A stretch of 64,000 nt of DNA from the human T2T-CHM13v2.0 reference genome, Homo sapiens (GCF_009914755.1 NC_060931.1); one strand, 5' to 3'. Positions 13,352-27,060 are shown, counted from the first letter of the stretch. The notes: generated by a model not told the origin, from the letters alone. A program made the numbers and translations.

Positions 13352-13390
13352 GATTTTCAGTGTGGTGTAGGACAGGTCTGAATCACTGTG
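13352..13390 (-). other. 23-RSS of TRGV3
   Basis: CACAGTG (13390-13384) + 23 nt + CTGAAAATC (13360-13352). Confidence 0.95.
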
Positions 13391-13858
13391 CCTGTCCCAG
13401 GTGGCACAGTAATAGACCCCAGAATCATTTTCAATTAGATTTTGCAGTCTCAATATCCAGCTCCACCTCCTGGGTGTATGAGTATAATACTTTCCTGGAC
13501 TGAGTCCTGATTCCAACACATCCCTTGCGGTGGAGACGTCATAGTACAGAAGACGCTGTGGGGCCTTCCCCTCCTGGTGTAGGTACCAGTGGATGTAGAA
13601 GGTATTTGTTACAGTAAGATCGCAAGTGATTTCAGCAGATGACCCAGTCTGCCTGGTGACTGACTTCGTTCTCCCTTCCAAGTTGGAAGATTTCTGACTG
13701 GCTGCAATGGGAACAACACAAAATACAATGAGGTATTCCTTTGTATGGCACCCCTTTCAAGAAGAAAACAAAACAAAACCCAACCTGTGAGCCTCTCTGT
13801 AGGCAGCGTACTCACCAGGAGACAGGAAAGCTAGAAGCACCGCTAGGGCCCACCGCAT
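13391..13858 (-). CDS. TRGV3: T cell receptor gamma variable 3 (leader 13858-13816, intron 13815-13702, V exon 13701-13391)
   Basis: [14 protein letters not shown] leader; V domain CDR1 TVTNTFY, CDR2 [16 protein letters not shown]; intact RSS. Confidence 0.96.
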
Positions 13859-14275
13859 GCCTTCCTCTCGGGGGCCTTGGAAGGAAACGGACCAGATGAA
13901 GAGGAGCAGAAGATCCTCTTAAAACTCAGGCCCCACTCAACAAGGAAGTGATCCCTAGCACAGAAGACAGTAGGAGGAGCTGGTTTCCTGAGACACAGGC
14001 AGAGAGAAGTGACTGAAGATGTGTCTTAGGGGACTCCCAAGCCTTCCTCCCAGAAGGGGTGGTGCCTGGGAGGACCTGCAGAGGAGCTCCTGCATCTCCT
14101 CAGGCCCTTTCTTCGGCGCCCTCTTGTGGCAGCTGAGAGCAGGCCCAGGGCAGAAGGGAGGCAGGGGCATTAAGAGCTCAGGCCTCCAGCTGAGGGACTG
14201 CAGATGTTGGGTAAGCTGACCCTGGAATTAACAGGCTCACACCTTGGAGGGGGCAGTCCCATAGCAGGCTCCCAC
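13859..14275 (-). promoter_or_regulatory. TRGV3 promoter block
   Basis: AGGAAGTG 13943-13950; CCTGCAG 14075-14081; CTCF-like motif 14129-14116. Confidence 0.65.
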
Positions 14276-16125
14276 CCTGCCCTTCAGAGTTGCAGCAGGT
14301 AATGCTGATGCCAGAACCTTGTCCTGACAGGAAGCCTCTGATTAGGGCCCGGAACCAACTTCCTTTTCGCATCTGCAGACTCATGGAGGCAACCACTCAA
14401 GGCCACTCTGAGAAGGGTTGAACGTGCTTTAAATTAAAAGGACTGAGGATCATGTGTGTTGGTGTGTCCTGGACTCTGCTCTAAGGTAAATGTGTGTGTG
14501 TGTTTGTGTGTGGGGGTTGTGCCTGTAATCCTGTGTGTGTGACCTCCTTATTAGAAGATTTTTGTTCATTAAAGTAGGAGTGTGAATTTGTTTGTTTGCT
14601 TGTTTGTTTTTAAAGTAGAACTGGGTGCCATGTCATGCAATATTTGGAACATACTTAAACTAAAAACTTGTTATTTATCTGAACTTCCGATTCCCCCGGT
14701 ATTGTATATTTTATTTGTCATCCCTACCCTCAGAAAGCAGACTAATATCTGCAGTGCACCTGGCTTCACAGATGAAAATAAGGGGACAAATCAAGTACAG
14801 TAATATTATTGTGAAAATTCAGTAAGGCATTCACAGATTATCACCACCTCTGTAAGAAGTATATAGAGACACATGTTTGAAATATGCATAATGAGATGGA
14901 GAACAGTGTCCCTCTCAGTTGTTGTGTTGGGCTAGCTCAGAGAGTTCAGTTTCTGCTGTCATCACAGCTGGGAATGAGAAAGGGAGGGGGCTCTGGTTGG
15001 TCTCCCTCTGCCTCTGGAGCACACATGCAGGACATGAGGCTGCTGTAGGAGCAGCTCTGAAAGCTGAGTTCTCGGGTCCTTGTGAAGGAGGGAAGCTTGC
15101 CTGCCTTGGAGCGTGAAAAAGTCTTGCAGGACAGAAGTCTCATGGTTTAAAAATGGGAAGGGAGAGGATTGAGATCACACTAGAATGCACAGAAAATTCT
15201 TAAAACAAAAAAATAATGAGAGAAACTTCATCAGAATGTGAAAAGAAGTATAAAGCTACAGTGCTGAAGAGAGGGCAATACTGGCACTAGAATGAGAAGA
15301 TTCATGGAACACAGTGGAAAATCCAGAAAGAGAGCCACACGTATGTAATATTTTATCATGTGATAAAGTGATATGTTAATACCCACAAGGAAATAGTCAA
15401 TTATTTTATAAGTTCTGTTTTGGGTATTGACTTACCATATGGAAACAAATATTATTGCATTTCGTTCTTACCAGATATAGATAGTGATTTAGTTGTAATA
15501 AAAACAAAATCATTACACTTAAACAATGATGAATTGCATAGAAATTCTAGGTGAGATTGGCCTTTCTAAGCTTGACATCAAACTAGACACCCTAGAAAAA
15601 CTGATAGATTTTAATGCTTTTTTTTTCAAAGTTCAATTCACCAAAAGATGCCAAATGTAAATAACAACAAATGAGGAGAAATATCTTCAACACATTGGAT
15701 AAAGGGTCAGTATCTTTAAAATAGTGTATATTAACTCTTACAAACTAATAAGAAAAAATTAATCCTCCAAGAGAGGAATAGGCAAAGAGTATGACAAGGC
15801 AATTCACAAAAGAAGAACTATAAATGACCTATAAAGTTGTGAAATAATGTTAGTACTCCCAAAGATGAGGGAATGCAAACTGAATTTACAAATCTCGTTT
15901 TCAGAATCACAGAGCTTGGATTGCAATCATTATCAAGTTAAAGTATATGACTCAGGGAATGTTAATTAACCCCCTCAATTTCTAATGTTACATTCAACAG
16001 TACTTTAAACCCTAATGAAATTTCTGTGTAGATTAAATAAAATATGCATGTAATGTGCTTAGTACATTAACTACCAGAATGTCAGTACCCATATGTAGCA
16101 TCAATATTATTATTATCGTTATTCA

Positions 16126-16412
16126 TTTTTTTGAGACAGAGTCTCACTCTGTTGCCCAAACTGGACTGCAGTAGTGTGATATTAGCTCACTGAAAACTCC
16201 ACCTACCAGGCTCTACAGATTCTCCTGCTTCAGCATTCAAGTAGCTGGGATTACATGTGTGCGCCACTATAGCCAGCTAATTTTTTGTATTTTTAGTAGA
16301 GACAGGGTTTCACCATGTTGGCTAAGCTGGTCGCAATCTCCCGGCCTAAGTGATCCTAACGACTGGACTGCCCAAATGCTGGGATTACAGGCATGAACCA
16401 CCGGGCCTGGCC
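16126..16412 (-). mobile_element. Alu, paralogous copy in V3-V2 spacer
   Basis: Same element and flanks. Confidence 0.9.
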
Positions 16413-17703
16413 AGTATTATTATTACTAATACAGTAATTATTGTATAAAAATTCCTGATAGATCAATGATGCCATCATTAAATAATGAATGCATAAAAAC
16501 ATTCAAATAAATGATATGGACGTCTTTATGCATACTTATGAAGTATGTGCACCTTTAGAAGTAAGACACACAGTCCAGACACAGGAAAATATAAGATTGA
16601 TTAAAATATATAGAAACTGAATATCAGAAAGAAAATATAAATATGGCATTGAAATAGAAACAATACATACTCCGCTATGACAAACAGTGAAAAAACTCAA
16701 GTGAACTGCCAAAAATATTGTTACCTATAGTGTCAGGGAGAAAAGAAGAATGAGAAGTCTACAATGGAAGCTAAAATCTTCAAATGCATCATCTTTTATA
16801 ATTTTGACTTCACTTCCATGTAAATGTTTTATATATACAAAACAGATATGAAACAAAACAAAGTAATACAACAAATTTCCAAAATGTAAAAAAGAAAACT
16901 GAACAATTAAAGTAGCTATATCAATGTTGACATGAACACATAGAGAAAAATTATTTCAAATGATTTTGTGGAAAAAGTATTCTGATTATGTACCCAAAAA
17001 GGAAAGCAAGAGAAAAGCAAAGAAGGAAGGAAGGAAAACGAAGGAGAATGGATGGAAGGAAAGAAGAGAGGAAGGGAGGGAAGGAGAGAGGGAGAGAGGG
17101 AGGGAAGGACGGAGGGAGCGATGGAGCGAGGGAGGAAGGGAGAGAGAAAAATAATAAAAGCAAGCAAAGAATTAAGAAAAAAGAGAGAGAGAATAAAAGG
17201 GAGGGCAGAGGGAGAGAATGTTCAACTGCATACCTAGGCCTGGTGTTTCAGTGGTCATTATAGTATTGCTTATATTGTTATAGACATAAGGAATAAGCAC
17301 CAGTCTCAGCTGCGGTTTCTGGATCATGATGGGATACACAATTTAGTATAAATTCCCTTCCCATTTGTTGTCCAAAATATCTTGCTTTACAGCTGGACCC
17401 TAGGGGTACCCGTTTGTTCTAGGAAGCAGAGTGAGTGGGCCTCCCCCATGTCCTAGGAGAGCTAAGAGAACCTTGCTCTCAGCCAGGCTGCTTCTCTGAG
17501 GCTTAGCTGAGATGGCGGCTTGGTCTTCAGGAAAGTCCTGGGGGAGGGTGGGGAACAGGGTGCAGCTGCTGCCAGGGGAGTGTAATATTGCAGGGGAGAT
17601 CAGGAGTTAAGCAATGTTTCTCTTGTTCAGCACACGGTAAATTTGGTGGCAGGAAATGAGAGGGGGCGGCTCTATCTTGTGTACCAGAAGCAGCCACAAG
17701 GCA

Positions 17704-17742
17704 GATTTTCAGTGTGGTGTAGGGCGGATCTGAATCACTGTG
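17704..17742 (-). other. 23-RSS of TRGV2
   Basis: CACAGTG (17742-17736) + 23 nt + CTGAAAATC (17712-17704). Confidence 0.95.
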
Positions 17743-18207
17743 CCCGTCCCAGGTGGCACAGTAATAGACCCCAGAGTCATTTTCAATTAGATTTCGCAGT
17801 ATCAATCTCAAGTTGTTCCTTGTGCTTGCGTAAGTATAATACTTCCCTGGACTGACTCCTGATTCCAACACAACCTTGGAGTTGTAGGAGTCATAGTACT
17901 GAAGACGCTGTGGGGCCTTCCCCTCCTGGTGTAGGTACCAGTGGATGTAGCCGTTACTTCCTTCAGCAAGATCACAAGTGATTTCAGCAGATGACCCAGT
18001 CTGCCTGATGACTGACTTCGTTCTCCCTTCCAAGTTGGAAGATTTCTGACTGGCTGCAGTGGGAACAACACAAAATATAATGAGGAATTCCTTAGTATGG
18101 TACTCCTTGCAAAAGAAGAAAATAAAACAAAACCCGTGATCCTCTCTGTAGGCAGCGCACTCACCAGGAGACAGGAAAGCTAGAAGCACCGCTAGGGCCC
18201 ACTGCAT
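17743..18207 (-). CDS. TRGV2: T cell receptor gamma variable 2 (leader 18207-18165, intron 18164-18054, V exon 18053-17743)
   Basis: [14 protein letters not shown] leader; V domain CDR1 [39 protein letters not shown]; intact RSS. Confidence 0.96.
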
Positions 18208-18625
18208 GCCTTCCTCTCTGGGGCCTTGGAAGGAAAGGGACCAGATGAAGAGGAGCAGAAGATCCTCTTAAAACTCAGGTTCCACTCAACAAGGAAGTGA
18301 TCCCTAGCACAGAAGACAGTAGGAGGAGGTGGTCTTCCTGAGACACAAGCAGAGGGAAGTGACTGAGGATCTGTCTAAGAGGACTCCCAAGCCTTCCTCC
18401 CTCCCAGAAGGGTTGGTGCCTGGGAGGACCTGCAGAGGAGCTCCTGCCTCTCTGCTCAGGTCCGTTCTCCGGCGCCCTCTTGTGGCAGCTGAGAGCAGGC
18501 CCTCTGCAGAAGAGAGCCAGGGGCAAGGAGAGCTCAGGCCTGCAGCAGAGGGAGTGCAGAGGTGGGGGAAGCAGACCCTGGAGTCAGCAGGCCCAGCCCT
18601 AGGAGGGGGCAGTCCCACAGCAGGC
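18208..18625 (-). promoter_or_regulatory. TRGV2 promoter block
   Basis: AGGAAGTG 18292-18299; CCTGCAG 18429-18435; CTCF-like motif 18485-18472. Confidence 0.65.
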
Positions 18626-18752
18626 TCACACCCTGCCCTTCAGAGTTGCAGCAGCTAATGCTGATGCCAGGACCTTGTCCTGCCAGGAAGTCTCTGATTA
18701 GGGAACTGAACCACCTTCCTTTTGGCATCTGCGAGGACACTTGGAGGCACCA

Positions 18753-19245
18753 CGCAAAGCATATGTTTATTGTGGCACTATTCACGATAGCAGAGACTTG
18801 GAACCAACCCAAATGTCCATCAGTGATAGACTGGATTAAGAAAATGTGGCACATATACACCATGGAATACTATGCGGCCATAAAAAGGGATGCGTTCATG
18901 TCCTTTGTAAGGACATGGATGAAGCTGGAAACCATCATTCCGAGCAAACTATTCCAAGGACAGAAATCCAAACAGTGCATGTTCTCACTCGTAGGTGGGA
19001 ATTGAACAAGGAGAACACTTGGACACAGAGTGGGGGAACATCACACACTGGGGCCTGTAGTGGGGTGGGGGGAGGGGGGAGGGATAGCATTAAGAGATAT
19101 ACCTAATGTAGATGACAAGTTGATGGGTGCAACAAACCAACATGGCACATGTATACATATGTAACAAACCTGCACGTTGTGCATATGTACCCTAGCACTT
19201 AAAGTATAATAAATATAAATAAATAAATAAATAATAAAAATGAAA
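18753..19245 (+). mobile_element. 5'-truncated L1PA 3' end upstream of TRGV2 (paralog of 9612-10102)
   Basis: ORF2 C-terminus (..WHIYTMEYYAAIK..MFSLVGGN), 3' UTR and A-rich tail; same junctions as the TRGV4 copy. Confidence 0.93.
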
Positions 19246-20930
19246 GGACTGAGGATCATGTGTGTTGGTGGGTCTTGGACTCTGCTCTAAGATAAATGGG
19301 TGTATGTGGGGTGTGTGTGTGTGTGTGTGTGTTTGTGTGTGTGTGATCCTGTGGGTGTGATCTCTTTATTAGAGGATTTTTGTTCACTGAAGTAGGAGTG
19401 TGAGGTTTTTTTGTTTTTTTTTTCTAAGTAGTTCAGGGTGCCATGTCATGCAATATTTGGAACATACTTAAACTAAAAACTTGTTGTTTATCTGAACTTC
19501 CAAATTGTTTGGTATTGTATATTTTATTTGTCAGCCCTACCCTCAGAAAGGGGACTGAGATCTGCAGTACACCTGGATTCACAGATGGAAATATAGGGGA
19601 CAAAAGTAGTACAGTAATATAATTGTGAAAATTCAGTAAGGCATACACAGATTACCACCACCTGTGTCAGAAGTATATAGAGACACATGTTTGAAAGATG
19701 CATAATGAGATGTAGAACAATGTCTCTCTTAATTGTGTTGTTGGCCTAGCTCACAGAGTTCAGTTTTTGCTGTCATCACAGCTGGGAATGAGAAAGGGAG
19801 GGGGCTCCGGTTGGTCTCCCTCTGCCTCTGGACCATATGTGCAGGACATGAGGCTTCCACAGGAACAGCTCTGAAAGCTGAATTCTCAGGTCCTTGTGAA
19901 GGAGGGAAGCTTGCCTGCCTTGGAGCGTGAAAAAGTCTTGCTGGACAGAAGTCTCACGGTTTAAAAATGGGAAGGGAGAGGATTGAGATCACACTAGCAT
20001 GCACAGAAAATTCTTAAAACAAAAAGATAATGAGAGAAACTTCATCAGAATGTGAAAAGAACTATAAAGCTACAGTGCTGAAGAGAAGGCAATACTGGCA
20101 CTAGAATGACAAGATTCATGGAACACAGTGGAAAATCCAGAAAGAAAGCTGCATGTATGTAATATTTTATCATGTGATAAAGTGATATGTTAATATCCAC
20201 AAGGAAATAGTCAATTATTTCATAAGTTCTCTTTTGGATATTGACTTACCATATGGAAACAAATATTGCTGCATTTCTACCTTACCAGTTACAAATAGTG
20301 ATTTAGTTGTAATAAAAAGAAAATCATTAGACTTAAATGATGATGAATTGCATAGAAATTCTAGGTGAGATTGGCCTTTCTAAACCTGACATCAAAGTAG
20401 ACACCATAGAAAAATTGATAGATTTTGTTTTTTTCAAAGTTCAATTCTCCAAAAGGTGCCAAATGTAAATAATAACAAATGAGGAGAAATATCTTCAACA
20501 CATTGGATAAAGGGTCAGTATCTCTAAAATGGTGTATATTAATTCTTACGAACCAATAAGAAAAAACTAATCCTCCAATAGAAGAATAGGAAAAGAGTGT
20601 ACAAGGCAATTCTCAAAAGAAGAAATATAAATGAACTGTAAAGTTGTAAAATGATGCTAGTACTCCTAAGATGGGGGAATGCAAACCGAATTAACAAATC
20701 TCATTTTCTGAACCACAGAGCTTGGATTGCAATCATTATCAAATTAAAGTATATGACTTAGGGAATGTTAATTAACCCCCCAATTTCTAATGTTACATTC
20801 AACAGTACTTTAAATCCTTAATGAAGTTTCTGTGTAGATTAAATACAATATGCATGCAATGTGCTTAGTACATTAACTACCAGAATGTCAGTACCCATAT
20901 TTACCATCAATATTATTATTATTATTAGTC

Positions 20931-21215
20931 TTTTTGAGACAGAGTCTCACTGTGTTGCCCAAACTGGACTGCAGTAGTGTGATATTAGCTCACTGAAAAC
21001 TCCACCTTCTAGGCTCAAGAGATTCTCCTGCTTCAGCATCCAAGTAGCTGGGATTACATGTGTGCACCGCCACAGCCAGCTAATTTTTTGTATTTTTAGT
21101 AGAGACAGGGTTTCACCATGTTGGCTAAGCTGGTCGCAATCTCCCGGCCTAAGTATTCCTAACGACTGTACTACTCAAATGCTGGGATTACAGGCGTGAG
21201 CCACCGGGCCTGGCC
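20931..21215 (-). mobile_element. Alu, paralogous copy in V2-V1 spacer
   Basis: Same element and flanks. Confidence 0.9.
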
Positions 21216-22441
21216 AGTATTATTATTACTAATACAGTAATTATTGTATAAAAATTCCTGATAGATCAATGATGCCATCATTAAATAATCAACACATAAA
21301 AACATTCAAATAAATGATATGGACGTCTTTATGCATACTTATGAAGTATGTGCACCTTTAGAAGTAAGACACACAATCCAGACACGGGAAAATATAAGAT
21401 TGATTAAAATGTATAAAAACCAAATATAGGAACAAAAATATAAATATGGCATTGAAATAGAATTGATACATACTGCGCTATGACAGAGTGAAAAAGTTCA
21501 AGAAAACGGATAAAAATATTGTTACCTATAGTGTCAGGGAGAAAAGAGGAATGAGAAGTCTACAATGGAAGCTAAAATCTTCAAATGTGTCATCTTTTAT
21601 AATTTTGACTTCAGTTCCAACTAAATGTTTTACGTATACAAAACAAATATGAAACAAAACAAAATAATACACAAATTTCCAAAATATAAAAATGAAACTG
21701 AACAATTAAAGCAGCTATATCAATGTTGGCATGAACAAATAGAGAAAAACTATTTCAAATGATTTTGTGGAAAAAGTATTGTGATTATGTACACAAAAAG
21801 GAGAGAAAGAGAGAAAAGCAAGGAAGGAAGGAAGGAAAGAAAGGAAGGAGGGTGGGGTGATGGAAGGAAAGGAGGAAGGGAGGGAGGGAGAGAAAATGAT
21901 AAAAGCAAGCATGGAAGTAAGAAAGGAGAGCGAGAATAAAAGGGAGGGCAGAGAGAGAGAATGTTCAACTGCATATATTGGCCTAGTGTTTTAGTGGTCA
22001 TTATAGTATTGCTTATATTGTTATAGACATAAGGAATAAGCACCACTCTCAGCTGCGATCTCTGGACCATTATTGGATGTATGATTCAGTATGAATACCC
22101 TTCCCATTTTTGTCCAAAATGTCTTGCTTCACAGCTGGACCCTAGCTGTACCTGTCTGTCCTAGGAAGCAGAGTGAGTGGGCCTTCCCCATGTTCTAGGA
22201 GAGCTGAGAGAAACTTGCTCTCAGCCAGGCTGCTTAGCTGAGGCTTGGAGGTGGCAGCTTGGTCTTCAGGAAAGTCCTGGGGGAGGGTGGGGAACAGGGT
22301 GCAGCTGCTGCCAGGGGAGTGTGATATTGCAGGGGAGATCAGGAGTTAAGCTGTGTTTCTCTTTGTACAGAATACAGTAAATTCAGGGCAGGAAATGAGA
22401 GTTGGCTGGTCTATCTTGTGTACCAGAAGCAACCACAGGCA

Positions 22442-22466
22442 GATTTTCAGTGTCTGAATCACTGTG
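22442..22466 (-). other. Defective RSS of TRGV1 (9-nt spacer)
   Basis: CACAGTG (22466-22460) + ATTCAGACA + CTGAAAATC (22450-22442); 14 nt missing relative to paralogs. Confidence 0.93.
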
Positions 22467-22936
22467 CCTGTCCCAGGTGGCACAGTAATAGAACCCAGAA
22501 TCATTTTTAATTAGATTTTGCAGTCTCAAATTCCAATTGCTCCTTGTGCTTCCAGTGTCATACTTTCCTGGAGTGATTCCTGATTCCAGCACAACCCTGG
22601 AGTAGTAGGGTTCATAGTACAGAAGACACTGTGGGGCCTTCCCCTCCTGGTGCAGGTACCAGTGGATGTATAAGGTACTTGCTCCAGGAAGATCACAGGT
22701 GATTTCAGCAGATGACCCAGTCAGCCTGGTGACTGACTTCGTTCTCCCTTCCAAGTTGGAAGATATCTGACTGGCTGCAATGGGAACAACACAAAATATA
22801 ATGAGGCATTTCTTAGTATGTCGCTCCTTGCAAAAGAAGAAAATAACAAAACAAAACAAAACCCGTGATCCTCTCTGTAGGCAGCGCACTCACCAGGAGA
22901 CAGGAAAGCTAGAAGCACCGCTAGGGCCCACCGCAT
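22467..22936 (-). CDS. TRGV1: T cell receptor gamma variable 1 (non-functional ORF; leader 22936-22894, intron 22893-22775, V exon 22774-22467)
   Basis: Open leader and V frame (CDR1 [15 protein letters not shown]); V exon is 308 nt vs 311 nt in paralogs (one-codon deletion in HV4); defective RSS; outermost V of the array. Confidence 0.94.
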
Positions 22937-23570
22937 GCCTTCCTCTCTGGGGCCTTGGAAGGAAAGGGACCAGATGAAGAGGAGCAGAAGATCCTCTTAA
23001 AACTCAGGCCCCACTCAACAAGGAAGTGATCCCTAGCACAGAAGACAGTAAGAGGAGCTGGTCTTCCTGAGTCACAGGCAGGGAGAAGTGACTGAGGATG
23101 TGTCTTAGGGGACTCCCAAGCCTTCCTCCCAGAAGCGGTGGTTCCTGGGAGGACCTGCAGAGGAGCTCCTGCCTCTCTGCTCAGGCCCATTCTCCATCGC
23201 CCTCTTGTGGCAGCTGAGAGCAGGCCCTCTTCAGGAGAGAGCCAGGGGCATGGATTGCTCAGGCCCACAGCAGAGGGAGTGCAGATGTGGGGGAAGCTGA
23301 CCCTGGCGCTAGCTGGTCATGGCCCTTGGGAGAGGGCAGTCCCACAGCAGGCTCACATCCTGCACTTCAGAGTTTCAGCAGCCAACGCAGCTGCCAGAAC
23401 CTGGTCCTGCCAGGAAGCTTCTGATTAGGGCCCTGAACCACCTTCCTTTTCACATTTGCAAGTCCACATTTGCAAGTCCACCCAGGGCCATTCTGAGAAG
23501 GCTTGAGCCTGCTTTATTAACAGGACTGAGGGTCAGGCATGTTGGTTTGCCTTGGACTCTACTCAAATAA
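22937..23570 (-). promoter_or_regulatory. TRGV1 promoter block and end of the duplication homology unit
   Basis: AGGAAGTG 23021-23028; CCTGCAG 23154-23160; CTCF-like CCACAAGAGGGCGA 23210-23197; homology to other units stops near 23570. Confidence 0.6.
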
Positions 23571-23797
23571 AAACAACGGCAGTGGCTCTCACTAACCATC
23601 GGTAGGACATTTTAAGCACCAAAAGAATAACACCTACACAAATTCTTGAAAAACATAATATAGCAAAATAAAGTCTCCTCTGGAGGTTGCTAAGACACCA
23701 TCTCATTCTGAAAACAGAAAAGAAAATAATCAAGCATTTACCTTGCCATTTCTGTACAAACATTTTAGAATACCACAGAGCTTAAGAATGAAAGTTC

Positions 23798-24154
<357 letters not shown>

Positions 24155-24239
24155 TGAGAATATTAGCATTATGCAACCGTAATGATATGTTGAATTTAGA
24201 CAACTACCATGAATTGCTTTATAGCTTTCACGTGCCCTG

Positions 24240-24580
24240 GCTCTATTTCTCTCTCTACTATTCTATTTCTCTATCTCCTGCATTGCTTTCTATCACTATG
24301 TCCTTCCATCTCCGTCTTTATGTCCATATTTCTTTTTTCTCTGTCCCGTTTTTGTTCCTCCCTTTACATTTTTCCTTCTATAGCTCCCTCTTACAGCTCT
24401 CAGTCTCCTCTATTTTGCTTTAGTGCTCCTGTTTCTTACTCTGTTCATATCTTTATGTTTCTGTCTCTCTATCTGCCTATCTCTATTCATCTCTTTTTCT
24501 ATTTCTCTATTTGTATCTCTCCTATCTATTTACTTTCTACCTCCTTCTCTCCTCCTCTCTTTCCATTTCTTCCTGTGGTC
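24240..24580 (+). repeat. CT-rich low-complexity tract
   Basis: Pyrimidine-dominated sequence. Confidence 0.8.
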
Positions 24581-24599
24581 ACTATAGCTCCTTTAAAGT

Positions 24600-25690
24600 C
24601 TTTGTTATTCCAACACCTGTGTCGTGTCAGGATTAGCATCTGTTGTTTGGCTTTTCCGTTTGGAGATGCTAAGATTTTCCTCGTCCTCCACATGCGGAGT
24701 AATTTCGGATTAAATCCTGTACACTTTGAATATCATGTTATAGAGCTCTGGGCATTGTTTAAATATTACACAGAATGTGGAGGGGGTTTTTTTGTTAGCA
24801 GGCAACTGACGCAGTTAGGGATTACAACTTCCTACTGGTGTTTGGTGGGCAGTTCCAGTCAGTTCCGTTTTCCAGCCTTTGCAGTACTTGTCTTGTCAGA
24901 CCTGTCCTGTGTGTGCGCCACCCAGTGGCCATTCTAGGACCTGGGCAGTGCCTACTCCTGCTTCGGTTTGCAAGGCCTTTGGCTTTGGAGCTGTTTAGGG
25001 TCACGTTTATGCATGCACAGCTAGTGGGTGAGCCCAGGAGTCCAGACATCATTGCATGATGTTTCTTGCTTAATCTTCTTTCTCTCTGCAAGCTCTGCAA
25101 TACTTTCTAGTTCACAGGAAATGCCCCTCCAGTCGTCTGGCCAGACAGGTGTGGCTTTAGCACACTGCATTTCCCACCATTGTGTCTCCCTCCAGGGCCA
25201 AGTGGTGAGAGGATAGAGAACAAAAACCACCAGGATTCTCTCTCAGGGCCACAGCTTCCCTGGTCAGAGAGAAGGATCCCTTTCCTAAGAGCTTTAGGCT
25301 CCTGGCTCACCATAGCTGCTGCCACTGCCACTCAGATTGCCTGGGGGCTGCGAGAGAATGGAAAAGGACAAAAAACAGAAAACCAGGGCTCTCTGACCAC
25401 AGAGAGTCCCCCTTTCTCTCTGTCCTCACCTGGTGTACAGTTCTGCATTTCAGATTATCTTTGTACATATACTCTGATTATCTGAGTACAGGCCAGGGGA
25501 TAATTGAGGAAAAATAAATAAGAAACTTACTGTGAATTCATAGTGCTTCACTTTCCGATTTCCTTCTCCAGTTGACTTGCTATCATTTATTTTTCAAAGT
25601 CCTCAGATTCAGGGTTCATAGTTGCATTTGTGAGCCAGACAAGGCAGTGTGGGCTCACTGCAAATTTTCCAGAAGTGGAACTCATTCTTG
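24600..25690 (-). mobile_element. Probable ancient L1M 5'-region fragment
   Basis: Resembles by eye old L1M antisense sequence (..GGAGTAATTTCGGATTAAATCCTGTACACTTTGAATATCATGTTATAGAG..); not verified. Confidence 0.35.
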
Positions 25691-25799
25691 ATAAGTCAAA
25701 GCTCCTTCGATTAAGAGGCGCCGTTTATGCCCCCCGCCTTTTTTTTTTTTTAAATACAAGAAGAACTCATAGGGCTCCAGTTCTGAATTGAGGCTTCAA

Positions 25800-26120
25800 G
25801 TGGCCTGATGTGCTTCTGCTAGCTCTTTGCTTTCTGTCATTGTCATTAGAACAAATCCAGGCTAGCCTGTTGGAGGATGAAACCCTGTGTGTAGTGGAGC
25901 TGATTTATTCAGACCCAGGCACTTTGACCAGGCAGTCCCCCTCCCAGCTAACCCAGCAGCTGCCTGACATGTGGCCAAGCCCAGCCAAGATCAGATGAGC
26001 TTGGTTTAGATCAGCAGAACAGTCTAGCAAACCTACGCATTTGTAAGAATTTGTAGATGATTATTGTGCTAAGCCACTGAGTTTGGGATATTTGCTACAT
26101 GGCGTTATTGTGGCAATAGT
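25800..26120 (+). mobile_element. MLT1 (ERVL-MaLR) LTR fragment
   Basis: Typical 3' end GCTAAGCCACTGAGTTTGGG..TTTGCTACATGGC..GCAATAG. Confidence 0.6.
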
Positions 26121-26128
26121 ATGGATAG

Positions 26129-27060
<932 letters not shown>

